Positions 21,901-31,213 of a stretch of DNA of 64,000 bases are shown here, in pieces. The translations under genes and the position numbers were made by a program. The stretch's first letter is position 1; every line of letters starts with the position of its first letter. The notes below the pieces were generated by a model, which was not told the origin of the DNA, ran no database searches, and saw only the letters and a list, made by a program, of their open reading frames with translations. The stretch comes from a virus (Duplodnaviria; Caudoviricetes), in IMG/VR virus record IMGVR_UViG_3300031420_000495, positions 160,001 through 224,000 of that record. One strand, 5' to 3'.

Positions 21901-22648
21901 AAGTGATGGATACCTAAACATCACAGTGAACGGCACATATCGCGGTCGTTTCGACAGTGCTGGTAATCTTGGTGTGAACGGCAACTTTTACGGCGGTGGC
22001 GCTGGACTGACTGGTACAGCTGGCAGCTTGACATCGGGTAACACCAACTCTATTGCTGGTGCTATCGGAACTGGTTACACTTGGTCTGGCATTCAAGTCT
22101 TTAAGACGAATAAGGGAAGTGGCGTATATTCGGGCAACACAAACTCGTTCACTCAGTTCTACTCGGACGACTCAGGTGCAGCAGGTTTCTCGTTCCACCG
22201 AGGTGGCGCGTATGCAGTCAACATGGCTCTTGATCCAGACAATATCATTCGCATCGGTGGATGGTCCGCATCAGGCGGTCGCTTCGCATTCGACATGGGT
22301 GGTAACTTCACAGCAGCGGGTGACGTCACTGCTTTCTCTGACGAACGTCTGAAAACGAACTGGCGCGACATCACAACCAGTTTCGTTGATAAGTGGGCAA
22401 ACGTGAAACACGGTGTGTTCGAACGTATAGATACAGGAAACACTCAGATCGGTCTCTCGGCCCAGGCAGTTCAAGCAGTCGTGCCTGAGGCAGTTGCAGA
22501 AGACAAAGATGGAATGCTGTCTGTAAACTACGGTGCTGTATCGGCAGTCGCAACGGTGAAGCTTGCCGAAGAAGTAATCGAGCTTCGTAAACAACTTCAA
22601 ATGCAGGGCGAGCTGATCAAGCTGCTCATGGAAAAACAAGGACTCTAA
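18938..22648 (+). CDS. tail fibre with S74 chaperone
   Basis: DAATKDYVD, modules shared with the other fibres, FSDERLKTNW; TAAATA upstream. Confidence 0.9.
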   Translation: MLIDRPQVVEGSSIQNATVPSGPTFPTLPNAGELFYLTTASGSNPVGLYSYSGGGWEASAKNATLVAHMADDDRHLTAAQNTLIDAITVTAADINSIPSVTTRVTTTETNLANHIADLTKHLTPAQNTFLDALNLPTLTAAHVNFVTGVTSNIQSQLDAIKAVDSQQSSDISNLQSTQASGQSSLQSQLNAHVADDTRHLTAAQNTLLDGITVDFTQINRLTGLTSYLDTFTTGQTLVTRLTGLDATKLNIDGTKSMTGDLNMGSRRITNLATPTVASDAATKDYVDSFVQGLHWVGSVWVATTQNIALSGLQTIDSIALAAGDRVLVKNQTTASQNGIWVVAAGAWTRANDFNSAIEINNSAVFVLQGATQGKSTWVQLSTVTTVATDPITWSAFSGPVINSAGAGISLGTGGQVSVVEGAGLTFSGNAIVADVHPSGGLMTTLDNATASTDAAAELALTNVGTPGTYRSVTTDAKGRVTSGSNPTVSIAQGGTGAITGPAALTSLGALPIAGGTMTGPLQVKSNTLLGSNSVGTFNGSGSALTVVHVGSGTEYGITIAPTTSTSITNTINFLSSASTPSAPVAVGAIQLLVNNSGLNLSGPWSVNGSSIYSTAGGEMTGQPIVRASDSGMILQSRNTSPTTIPYQFYIQHNLGNVVIGNERGGVQLNGNASTASSVPWSGITARPTRTNWADNAGNDIIAGQLTWRNYNNNHTVFDASSGVSPTGATIDRINPSVGWTETYPTLMGWNGQQTYGVRVDTCRVSDITNQTTIGRVGTLGPGYGSYGSINVAGNTNGWAGISFSDYNATFMVNGSQSGVYRNNNSWDWKFDSNGVLSTGTVPGTSVTGTVASATLAAKASTLVLGGGTGNGAVFNWSGQGGQPTWLWGGSDGVNMYVYNPSNFSVASAGSAGSAARLTGPANVNGTDGWFRSTGAAGWYNSDYAVGIYSSEAGNVRTYNNSRFISNQGSATLPAFSFTNDTDTGFYSESDGYLNITVNGTYRGRFDSAGNLGVNGNFYGGGAGLTGTAGSLTSGNTNSIAGAIGTGYTWSGIQVFKTNKGSGVYSGNTNSFTQFYSDDSGAAGFSFHRGGAYAVNMALDPDNIIRIGGWSASGGRFAFDMGGNFTAAGDVTAFSDERLKTNWRDITTSFVDKWANVKHGVFERIDTGNTQIGLSAQAVQAVVPEAVAEDKDGMLSVNYGAVSAVATVKLAEEVIELRKQLQMQGELIKLLMEKQGL

Positions 22649-23314
22649 ATGAACACAATCAAGAACATTACCGTTACGCCTGATGAAACCGGTAATCTTT
22701 CCGTACTCAAATATACTGCGTCATTTACGGATGACAACGGGAAAGAGTTTACAAGGGATATGCGATTCTCAACTATTCTGCCTCCGCCAACAGGTGACGA
22801 GTATTCGCCTCAGGAACTTCAGACAGCTGCAATGAATCATGCAAACTCGAACGGTGTTTTTGACCAGTTGAGGTCCGAAGCTATCATATCAATGACACCG
22901 GTCTTCGATCCTGCATCGGTGCCTACGCCGCCACCGATGCCAGAAGATCAACGTCGCGCCAACATGATTTACAATGTGGACATGCGCGTTGCCGAAGTCA
23001 CCGGAACATTTACTCGATTCCAGATGGAATATGAGTCTCGTGAAAAAGCGGCGATGGCATACCGTGATGCTGGTTATAACGGTGACCCGACATTGTGGAT
23101 CACAGCTTTTGCAGACGCGGCTGGCATGGACTACCGTTCGGCAACTGATCTGATTCTCCAACAAGCATCCGTTCTTCGCGATGCTGTCATGCAGCTCGGT
23201 GCAGCGCGTATGAACAAGTACAAGATTCAGTCAGCGCCTGACATCGAAACAGCTCTGGCAGAATACAACTCGATCATGGCCGAAATCGAAAGAATCGCTT
23301 CGACGTTGCCATAA
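22649..23314 (+). CDS. tail fibre assembly-like protein
   Basis: Position and helical C-terminal domain. Confidence 0.55.
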   Translation: MNTIKNITVTPDETGNLSVLKYTASFTDDNGKEFTRDMRFSTILPPPTGDEYSPQELQTAAMNHANSNGVFDQLRSEAIISMTPVFDPASVPTPPPMPEDQRRANMIYNVDMRVAEVTGTFTRFQMEYESREKAAMAYRDAGYNGDPTLWITAFADAAGMDYRSATDLILQQASVLRDAVMQLGAARMNKYKIQSAPDIETALAEYNSIMAEIERIASTLP

Positions 23315-23335
23315 AGAAGCTTTCGCAGGGAAATA

Positions 23336-23869
23336 ATGACGACTCCAACTGGACAAATTAGAGCATCAGATGTGAACGCTGAATTGCAGAGAACCGGCAG
23401 TCAGCGTATCAATCTGAATGACACAGTAGTAAGAACGCTTGCTGGCGTCGGCGGAAGTGGAACTACGATTAGTCTTAGCACGCTTCGTGGTAAGAGTAGC
23501 TTTTCTGGATTCAGGGTGAACTTGGTTCTTACGCAAAACCCGATATATTACGCCTATGTTCGACCGGGATATATTGGCACCACAAGTGATTCGGCAGGTA
23601 CTGGGTCACTATCGCCAGACGCTATTGGAAATATCAGGCCTACCTATATTTCATCCACCATCAGTGATGGTGGATTTGGTTTTTATCTAATGGGCATTTT
23701 ACCACAAAACGTTTTTAATTCAGTGAACATTGATGGAAAATATACGCTGTATTCATCAAACTGCTCTTTTTATCAGTTGAACTCGCCTGGACAAGAACAG
23801 ACAACGTTTTACTGGCCAACTGCCATGCTGAACCTAGGACCAGGACAACACACACTGTTGTTTGCATAA
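23336..23869 (+). CDS. tail-tip/adhesin-like protein (no Hint)
   Basis: N-terminal module GQIRASDVNAEL..NLND..VRTLAG..ISLSTLRGKS shared with 49158-50639. Confidence 0.65.
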   Translation: MTTPTGQIRASDVNAELQRTGSQRINLNDTVVRTLAGVGGSGTTISLSTLRGKSSFSGFRVNLVLTQNPIYYAYVRPGYIGTTSDSAGTGSLSPDAIGNIRPTYISSTISDGGFGFYLMGILPQNVFNSVNIDGKYTLYSSNCSFYQLNSPGQEQTTFYWPTAMLNLGPGQHTLLFA

Positions 23870-23871
23870 TG

Positions 23872-23896
23872 AAAAAGGGACCTCACGGTCCCTTTT
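23872..23896. terminator. bidirectional intrinsic terminator
   Basis: AAAAAGGGACC-TCAC-GGTCCCTTTT. Confidence 0.85.
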
Positions 23897-23930
23897 CTTA
23901 TTTGTCAGCTAATGCTATTATTTCTGCGTT
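23893..23930. repeat. 38-bp exact direct repeat, copy 1
   Basis: TTTTCTTATTTGTCAGCTAATGCTATTATTTCTGCGTT, identical at 36406-36443. Confidence 0.9.
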
Positions 23931-24205
23931 TGCTTGATACCTGCCGGATTCAGTGTGTAATCGCTGAATGTGTAGCAGTCGTCGATGAGACGCACGAGTT
24001 GGCGAGCCTGTTCTTCCGTGAGGAAGTTCGGGTCTTCAACTTCAACTGAGCCATCGAGCGCACCGTAGTATTCCATGTCGACCAAGCGGACACGGTTGTC
24101 TCCGTCATTTACGACGAGCCATTTTTCTCCCGGCGAACCCTCAATAGTGGAACCAGCCCCAAAATTCTTGAGGCTGATGTCCGAGGGCTTTGAATTCCTG
24201 AACAT
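23918..24205 (-). CDS. hypothetical protein
   Basis: ORF. Confidence 0.6.
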   Translation of the reverse strand: MFRNSKPSDISLKNFGAGSTIEGSPGEKWLVVNDGDNRVRLVDMEYYGALDGSVEVEDPNFLTEEQARQLVRLIDDCYTFSDYTLNPAGIKQTQK

Positions 24206-24217
24206 CAGTTCTCCTTT

Positions 24218-25720
24218 TTAGCAGTCGATTTCTACCGCGTAACCCCACAGGTAGTCGATATGATCGGTGACCAGATCAGCATCGGCCAGGTCCAGCGTAC
24301 GGCCCTTGTATGGAATGTACTCGAGTTTCAACGTACGATCGCCTTCGAGGTCGGCGGATTTCACGACGATCTGCGGCACATAGTTGATACGTTCCATGCT
24401 GCGAGCCAGCGCATTGCGAATGTTGCGATAGCCGACTTCATCGTGGATTTCGCTCACGATCGCAGTGATGTGGCCGTCGTCATCGTCGCCTTCGTCAGGT
24501 TGACCTTGATCGTACGAGATGGTGAACAACCGCAGATCACGGATGACCTTCGGCGAAAGCCACTGCGCGATGAAGCTGTCGTCGCGGTATTCGAACGCGG
24601 CTTCTTTTACAGCATCTTGCCACTTGCGGCCCATCAGATGCGGGAACCATTCACGATCTTCGTCGGTCGGATTCTCGCACATGCGCTTGACGTCCATCAG
24701 GATCGCGAATCCGAGTGCGTACGGATTCGGTCCGCTGTACCAGCGATCACGATACACCGGCTGGTAGATCACCGCACTGTGGCTTTCCAGGAAGAACAGG
24801 AAAGCGTCCGGCGAGATGAAACCCTTTTCTTCCAGGCGGGTCATGATGTAGTAGTGGCAGAACGATGCGAAGCCTTCGTTCAGGTTCTTCGTCTGGCCCT
24901 GCGGGTAGAAGTACTGGTTGACCTTGTAGACGATGCGGATGATTTCGCGTTTCCACTGCGGCAAGTTCGGCGAATACTTCATGATGAAGTACAGCAGGTT
25001 TTCTTCTTCCTCGACCGAGTCCTCGGCATCATGCTCGCTCAGGTCGACCTCGCGGAACGACGTCTTCTTGAGGATGATGTCCAGCTCTTTTTGCTTCTGG
25101 TCTTCGTCGGCCAGCAACTTGATGAGGCGTGCTTCTTCGCCCATGCGCGGTTGGTGCTTGCGCTTGAACTTGTCGACACCGTGTGGTGCCAGCGCGTGCG
25201 CAGCATCGAGAACCATCTCGACTTCTTCCTCGCCGTAACGTTCTTCGCACTGGCGAATGTAGTCGCGTGCGAAGATCATGTAGTCGATGATCGAGCCGGC
25301 GTTGGTCCACTGCTTGAAGCATTCGTTGTTCTTGAACACTGCATTGTGACCGATTGCCGCGTGTGCCATCACCATGGTTTGCATGACCATGTTGTTGTCT
25401 TCCATCAGGTAGCTGATACACGGATTCGTGTTGATCACGATTTCGTATGCCAGACCCTGACGGCCGGACTGATACGCTCGGTGGGACTTCAAGAAGTCTT
25501 TACCGAACGACCAGTGATTGTAGTGGATCGGCAGACCCACGGACGAGTATGCGTCGAGCATTTGCTCAGCCGAAATGATTTCGATCGAGTTCGGATAGAT
25601 GTCGACACCCGGCTTCAGGTGCAACTCCTCCTCGGCGATGATTTCGATTTCTTTCCAAATCCTCTCGATGAGGTTTTGGTTCCAGTCCGTATGGCTGGTG
25701 ATGTACAATGGCTCGCTCAT
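24218..25720 (-). CDS. spoVR: SpoVR/YcgB family protein
   Basis: GLPIHYNHWSFGK, AYEIVINTNP, TKNLNEGFASFCH, NPYALG. Confidence 0.95.
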   Translation of the reverse strand: MSEPLYITSHTDWNQNLIERIWKEIEIIAEEELHLKPGVDIYPNSIEIISAEQMLDAYSSVGLPIHYNHWSFGKDFLKSHRAYQSGRQGLAYEIVINTNPCISYLMEDNNMVMQTMVMAHAAIGHNAVFKNNECFKQWTNAGSIIDYMIFARDYIRQCEERYGEEEVEMVLDAAHALAPHGVDKFKRKHQPRMGEEARLIKLLADEDQKQKELDIILKKTSFREVDLSEHDAEDSVEEEENLLYFIMKYSPNLPQWKREIIRIVYKVNQYFYPQGQTKNLNEGFASFCHYYIMTRLEEKGFISPDAFLFFLESHSAVIYQPVYRDRWYSGPNPYALGFAILMDVKRMCENPTDEDREWFPHLMGRKWQDAVKEAAFEYRDDSFIAQWLSPKVIRDLRLFTISYDQGQPDEGDDDDGHITAIVSEIHDEVGYRNIRNALARSMERINYVPQIVVKSADLEGDRTLKLEYIPYKGRTLDLADADLVTDHIDYLWGYAVEIDC

Positions 25721-27099
25721 TTCACTTTGCTCCCGCGTTTGCGATAAATCGTTTTGAATGCGTCGAACACTGCATGCTCGTCGGCGATCTTAATCATCGC
25801 CAGCTTCTTGTTGTTCGATGCGATGCTTTGCATCACAGACCACAACGTTTGGCTGCTGCCGAATCCGGCGCCGAATGATTGACCGACTTGCACGTAAACT
25901 GCGTGACGGAGCTTGGACAGCAAACCCGACTCGACGATTTCTTTGACGATGGCAGGATTGTCAGTGTCCCAGTTGTCGCCGTCGCCAGCATACGACACAT
26001 AGATGTTCGTCTGACTTGCGTCATAACGTTCTTTGATGATCGTGTGCAGCAGTGCCCAGGCTGGAGATACAATTGTACCACCAGACTTGCGCGTTGTGAA
26101 GAATTCTTCTTCAGTCAGCTCTTCGGCTTCGTCGGTGTGCGCGATGAAGATCAGGTCAGTTTGCGGGTACTTCTTGACGATGAACGCGTATTGCAGGGTG
26201 AAGAACTTGCGGGCCATACGTTTCTTTTCTTCGTCCATCGAACCCGAGATGTCCATCAGCATGCACAGCACCGCGTCGGATGCTTTGACTTGAACCTTCT
26301 CGGTTTTGCGGTAACGCAGGTCGACTTCTTCGTACAGGCCGATGCCGTCGATCTTTTTCTTCAGTTCAGCGATACGAGTCGAAACAGTTTGCACGCGCTT
26401 CGCCCACAGATCAGTGCTGCCCATCGCGCTTGCATCGAAGTCGTCGGCCATCAGGTATTTCAGCTCGTCTTCGAGTTCCATCAGTTCATCGCGCGAATCT
26501 TTCGTCAGCGCGAGGCGACGTGCCAGCGAATGCTTGAACGACTTGACAACGGCGAGCTGGCCTGGGTTACCAACCTTCTGGAAACCGGCACGCTTCATGA
26601 CGTGCTCAGGCAAATCCTTCTCGTGCGTTTCTTTCAGATCCGGCAGTTCGCAGTCTTCGAAGAAGACGTCGTAGAATTCCGAACGGCTGATGTTGATGAT
26701 GAAATCATCTTCACCGCTTTCGCCGGGTCCATTGCCGCGTCCGCCCTTACCGCTGCCCGAGCCAGTCGACATTGGGAACTCGTCGCCCTTCAACCAAACG
26801 TCGTTACCGATGAGCACGATTTCGTGTTCACCGGAATTGTGATCGTAGTGGAATGTGGGTTCGTTCAGAGCTTGACGCGCGACTTTGACGGGATTGGTTT
26901 GCGAGTTGGCGCCATGGCTCGATCCAGCTTTGTGGACGCCACCAGCATCGATGTCTTCCGGCTTCGCGTTGCGAATCGAATCGCGAATACGCTTCAGCAG
27001 TTTCTGTCGATTGTTTGACGATTTGCCGCGACCAGTTTTGCGGCGGTCCACGAAAATGAAGTTCGTGGTAACTGGTGCTTTTTGGCTTTCATCACTCAT
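25717..27099 (-). CDS. yeaH: YeaH/YhbH (DUF444, vWA) protein
   Basis: KSSNNRQKLL, LMDISGSMDE, SGGTIVS, YAGDGDNW. Confidence 0.95.
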   Translation of the reverse strand: MSDESQKAPVTTNFIFVDRRKTGRGKSSNNRQKLLKRIRDSIRNAKPEDIDAGGVHKAGSSHGANSQTNPVKVARQALNEPTFHYDHNSGEHEIVLIGNDVWLKGDEFPMSTGSGSGKGGRGNGPGESGEDDFIINISRSEFYDVFFEDCELPDLKETHEKDLPEHVMKRAGFQKVGNPGQLAVVKSFKHSLARRLALTKDSRDELMELEDELKYLMADDFDASAMGSTDLWAKRVQTVSTRIAELKKKIDGIGLYEEVDLRYRKTEKVQVKASDAVLCMLMDISGSMDEEKKRMARKFFTLQYAFIVKKYPQTDLIFIAHTDEAEELTEEEFFTTRKSGGTIVSPAWALLHTIIKERYDASQTNIYVSYAGDGDNWDTDNPAIVKEIVESGLLSKLRHAVYVQVGQSFGAGFGSSQTLWSVMQSIASNNKKLAMIKIADEHAVFDAFKTIYRKRGSKVK

Positions 27100-27316
27100 T
27101 GCATTTCTCCTTTTTCCGGAACAGCCGTTCAGCTGCAACAGAAGCTGTTGTAGGGAAATTGAATGGCGAATCATCAGACCATTCAATTTCCCGACTTTCA
27201 TGATCTACGACCGTAACAGACTGAGAAAGGCTGAATTTGATTTCATCAACCAAATCAGCCTCACTCAAACCGTCATGGTCCACCACGATCATAGTGATGC
27301 GGTGGACCCTGGCCAT
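27092..27316 (-). CDS. hypothetical protein inside prkA operon
   Basis: ORF filling the gap with overlaps. Confidence 0.55.
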   Translation of the reverse strand: MARVHRITMIVVDHDGLSEADLVDEIKFSLSQSVTVVDHESREIEWSDDSPFNFPTTASVAAERLFRKKEKCNE

Positions 27317-29280
27317 TACGCGCTCTTACGGTTGGCGGTGAACCAGCTCACCAGGATTTGCACCTGATGTTCGGTGTAGCCCTTGTCGATCATGCGCTGC
27401 ACGAAACCTTGATGTTTCTCTTCGGTTTCCTTGTCTTGCTTCGGACCGAACGCGATGACCGGCAGAATCTGTTCCGTAGCCGAGAACATGCGTTTCTCGA
27501 TCACGGTCTTGATCTTTTCGTACTGGTCCCAGCGCGGGCTGTTGCCTTCGTTCTTCGCTTTGTAGCGCAGCACGTAGTGCACGATTTCGTTACGGAAGTC
27601 CTTCGCGTTGGTGATCGCGGCGGCCTTCTCGATTTCTTCCAGCTTGCTGTTGAGCGCTTCGCGGTTCATCAGCGTGTGGGTTTCCGGATCGCGGCACTGC
27701 TCGTCGTTGATCCATGCTTCAGCGAACAGCACGTAGCGTTCGAACATGTTCTGGCCGAAGGAGCTGTACGACTCGAGGTAAGCCGTGCGCAGTTCTTTTT
27801 CCAGGAACTCGAAGTATTTCGGTTGCAGGAAGGACTTGATGAAGTCCATGTATTTCTGCTCGCGTTCTTCCGGCAGACCTTCCTTGCGCACCGATTCCTC
27901 GATGACGTACATCAGGTCGATCGGGTTGGCCTGGAATTCTTCCGGACGCAGGTCGAAGACCGACGACAGAATCTTGAAGGCGAAGCGAGTCGACATACCG
28001 GTCATGCCTTCGTCGATACCAGCGTTGTCGCGGTATTCTTCGTACGGCTTCGCATTCGGCATGCGGTCCTTCACGTTCTCGCCGTTGTACACGGCCAGCT
28101 TCGCGTACAGCGTGCTGTTTTCCGGTTCCTTCAGGCGGGTCAGGATCATGAATTGCGAGAGCATCTTCAGGGTGCCCGGTGCGATTGGTGCATCGCGCAG
28201 GTTCGAGCCCTTCAGCATCTTCTCGTAAATCTTGATTTCTTCGTCGACACGCAGGCAGTACGGCACATCAACGATGAACACGCGGTCCAGGAATGCTTCG
28301 TTGGTCTTGTTGTTGCGGAACGCGAACCATTCGCTTTCGTTCGAGTGCGCCACGATCACGCCCATGTACGGCATTGCCGGAATTGCTTCCGTACCGTTGT
28401 AGTTGTGTTCTTGCGTCGCCATCAGCAGCGGGTTCAGGGTCTTGATGTTCGCCTTGAACATTTCGGCGAAGTCCATCATACCTTGGTTGGTACGGTTCAG
28501 GCCGCCGCTGTACGAGTACGCGTACGGGTGATTCTGCGGATACTGTTCCAGCTTGCGCAGGTCAGTCTTGCCGATCAGCACCGAGACGTCTTGGTTGTTC
28601 TCGTCGCCCGGTTCGACTTTCATGACGCCGATCTGGCGATCTTTGTTCGGATACAGCTTGACCACGCTGAAGCGCGTGATGTCGCCTTCGAATTCCTGCA
28701 GCTTCTGCAGTGCCCAACCCGACAGCACGGTCTGGTTCAGGTAGTTGGCAGGGATGCCTGCGTCGGCGATGACTTCGGCGTGGGTCTCGTCGTTCTTGTC
28801 GAACAGAGCCAGCGGCGATTCGAAGACCGGCGAGGTTGCCAATTCCGGATTCTTCTCGTTCGCATCATGCAGAACGTAGATCGGGAACTTTTCCATCAGT
28901 GCCTTCAGGCGTTCGACGATGGACGACTTACCGCCACCGACCGGGCCTTTCAGGTACAGGATTTGTTTGCTTTCTTCCAGGCCGGCCGAAGCGTGGCGGA
29001 AGTAAGCGGCCAGACGCTCGATTGCGTCTTCGGCGCCGTAGAAGTCCTTGAAGGCTTCGTACACGCGGATTTTCTTGTTGCTGTGGATACGCGACAGACG
29101 GGAGTCTTCGCTCGTATCGACGACCTTTGGTTGGCCGATTGCAGCAACCATGCGTTCCGCTGCGGTCGCGTAGGCCATCTTGTCTTTCTTGCACAGATCG
29201 AGATACTGATCCAGCGTCATGACTTCTGGTTTGGCGAACTTCGCTGCGTAAGACGAAGAGAGTGCGGAAAGATTGCTCAT
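27316..29280 (-). CDS. prkA: PrkA/YeaG AAA+ serine kinase
   Basis: KQILYLKGPVGGGKSS, NQDVSVLIGK, GMTGMSTRF; TAAATA upstream. Confidence 0.95.
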   Translation of the reverse strand: MSNLSALSSSYAAKFAKPEVMTLDQYLDLCKKDKMAYATAAERMVAAIGQPKVVDTSEDSRLSRIHSNKKIRVYEAFKDFYGAEDAIERLAAYFRHASAGLEESKQILYLKGPVGGGKSSIVERLKALMEKFPIYVLHDANEKNPELATSPVFESPLALFDKNDETHAEVIADAGIPANYLNQTVLSGWALQKLQEFEGDITRFSVVKLYPNKDRQIGVMKVEPGDENNQDVSVLIGKTDLRKLEQYPQNHPYAYSYSGGLNRTNQGMMDFAEMFKANIKTLNPLLMATQEHNYNGTEAIPAMPYMGVIVAHSNESEWFAFRNNKTNEAFLDRVFIVDVPYCLRVDEEIKIYEKMLKGSNLRDAPIAPGTLKMLSQFMILTRLKEPENSTLYAKLAVYNGENVKDRMPNAKPYEEYRDNAGIDEGMTGMSTRFAFKILSSVFDLRPEEFQANPIDLMYVIEESVRKEGLPEEREQKYMDFIKSFLQPKYFEFLEKELRTAYLESYSSFGQNMFERYVLFAEAWINDEQCRDPETHTLMNREALNSKLEEIEKAAAITNAKDFRNEIVHYVLRYKAKNEGNSPRWDQYEKIKTVIEKRMFSATEQILPVIAFGPKQDKETEEKHQGFVQRMIDKGYTEHQVQILVSWFTANRKSA

Positions 29281-29346
29281 GTTATCACCTATAGTTTGGG
29301 TGTTGACTTTTGGAACGCGTTAAGTATTTAGCAGGTTCCGGGATTG

Positions 29347-29763
29347 TTAAACTACTTCACCTTCCGATACGTGGTCAAGATGGTTCATTCTACCATGAAC
29401 TACGGCTCCGGTTTCGATGATTAGTTCGCGATACAGAATTTTTTCAGCCAAGAGCGTTGCGCCGGCTTTTACTGCGAGGGTGCCTTCAACGCGGATCGTT
29501 TTGCAGACGACTTTGCCGGTGATGATGACATTTTGAACTTCGATGTTGAGCTGCTTGTCGATCGGTTCCAGCAGTTGGCCGCCGACGTGGAGGGTTGTCT
29601 TTGCAGAAACTTTACCGTCTACTTGTTCGCCTTGCACGGAAGACAGGTACGCACTTCCCTCGATCAGGGTCGTGGAGTTTGCAGCGATCAGCAGCTCACC
29701 GTGGATAACGGTGCCTTTGCCGATCAGTGAGTCGAAACCGCGGGAGCGAAAAAGTTTGGTCAT
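29347..29763 (-). CDS. bactofilin (polymer-forming cytoskeletal protein)
   Basis: SLIGKGTVIHGEL...VIITGKV...LIIETGAVVHG beta-helix repeats. Confidence 0.8.
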   Translation of the reverse strand: MTKLFRSRGFDSLIGKGTVIHGELLIAANSTTLIEGSAYLSSVQGEQVDGKVSAKTTLHVGGQLLEPIDKQLNIEVQNVIITGKVVCKTIRVEGTLAVKAGATLLAEKILYRELIIETGAVVHGRMNHLDHVSEGEVV

Positions 29764-30317
29764 GTAAAAGTTCTCTTCAAAGTTAAAAAGGTGTAGGAAA
29801 TTCCAGAGTCCGTTTGCGGAGCACTGATGTATTCAAGACTCCATTCTATCCCTATTTTCAACTGATTTAGAACAAATATTTTCCAGTTGACGAGGTCGTG
29901 CTGTAGAGTAACATCTGCGCCCGAGTTCGTATCGACAAGTGTCAAGTAGATACGATCGACAAGTTGCAGGTCAATTGCTTGATCGTAAATGCTTGCACCG
30001 CCGATGATCCAGAGTTCGCCGTCGCAACTGTCCATGAAACTGAGAACCATGTTCTCGAAGTTGTTCACTGGGCAGATGTCTTCGTGATAACCGTTCAGAT
30101 CGCTGGTCACAACGATATTGAAACGATTGGGTAAGCCTTGTGGACGTTTGAACGATTCAAACGTTTTGCGGCCCATGATGACGTCGTGTCCGGTCGTCAA
30201 CTCTTTGAACCGCTGCATGTCGCCGGGTAATTTCCACGGCAGACGTCCATCCGACCAGCCGATCGCGTTCCCACGATCGACGGCCAGAATCATATTGACT
30301 GTATTCTTTGCGCTCAT
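29760..30317 (-). CDS. folA: dihydrofolate reductase
   Basis: NAIG..GRLPWKLPGDMQRFKELT..IMGRKTFES..WIIGGASIY. Confidence 0.95.
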   Translation of the reverse strand: MSAKNTVNMILAVDRGNAIGWSDGRLPWKLPGDMQRFKELTTGHDVIMGRKTFESFKRPQGLPNRFNIVVTSDLNGYHEDICPVNNFENMVLSFMDSCDGELWIIGGASIYDQAIDLQLVDRIYLTLVDTNSGADVTLQHDLVNWKIFVLNQLKIGIEWSLEYISAPQTDSGISYTFLTLKRTFT

Positions 30318-30458
30318 TGTTTTCGAAGTTGGTCGCGTCGGTCCAGCCATTGATGAAGTTCGTCGTTGAACTTCTTCACTTCTGCTTCTGTGCAGTCTTG
30401 ACAATCTTCGCAGTCGTAAAGGTTTGCACAGAGCCGACGGATATTACGCTCGCATTCT

Positions 30459-31136
30459 TCAAGCGCTCGCTGGTTGTTCAGATTCATCATCGTCCTTGTT
30501 CATCATGTGCCTGATGAGCGTCAACTGATTGTTGATTTCGAGCTTCGCATTTTCGAAGATCGCTTCTTGGTCCGGAAAGCGGCGGCGAGCTTCTTTGATG
30601 CGCGGCATGAATTCTTCTTCCGTTTCTTTGACGTAGCGCTCGAGGCGCGCTGGCTTGAATACGCCGAACATCGTCGAGACGTTGTCGCAACGGTCTTTCG
30701 TTTTCACCGGTGCAGTGTCTTCGTCTTCGAAGATGGCATCGAGGCTGTACTCGGGATTTTTCTGTCCCAGTATTTCTTTCGACAGCTTCTTCAGCTTCAT
30801 GGCGATCTTCGCACCCCACTTCTGCTCGACTTCTTCGAGAGAAACCATTTTGCCGGTTTCTTTGTTCGGGTCTTCGACCGCGTCATGCAGGAACGTGAGG
30901 ATGTACACGATCACTGGATTGCGGATGTGTCGATGCATGGTCCGCAGTCGCATGAAGATGCCGAGCTGGTGAATGAACTCAGGGTCACCGCCATTGCGTT
31001 TCCCGTTGTGATGCTCGAGCCCGTACTCGAAGGCAGCTAGCACCTTGAAGTATTCTGGGTCTTGTTCAGCCATGCCGAGCAACCAGTAGCGGGTCGCAAT
31101 CACAAGCTTTTCGAACTTGTTAAGTTTGGTTTCCAT
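30459..31136 (-). CDS. HD-domain small alarmone ((p)ppGpp) hydrolase
   Basis: H.GKRNGGDPEFIH, FLHDAVED, VKTKDRCDN. Confidence 0.8.
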   Translation of the reverse strand: METKLNKFEKLVIATRYWLLGMAEQDPEYFKVLAAFEYGLEHHNGKRNGGDPEFIHQLGIFMRLRTMHRHIRNPVIVYILTFLHDAVEDPNKETGKMVSLEEVEQKWGAKIAMKLKKLSKEILGQKNPEYSLDAIFEDEDTAPVKTKDRCDNVSTMFGVFKPARLERYVKETEEEFMPRIKEARRRFPDQEAIFENAKLEINNQLTLIRHMMNKDDDESEQPASA

Positions 31137-31213
31137 GAGTTCCATTGTACACCTTTGTGGAGTGTTCTACAATTTATTTTACATTGATGATGTAAAAAGT
31201 TGTCTAGTCAACT

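Noticed and set aside
13631-22648. Diversity-generating retroelement or invertible fibre cassette
   Set aside because: No reverse transcriptase or invertase; shared blocks are direct, and differences are mostly synonymous rather than adenine-specific.
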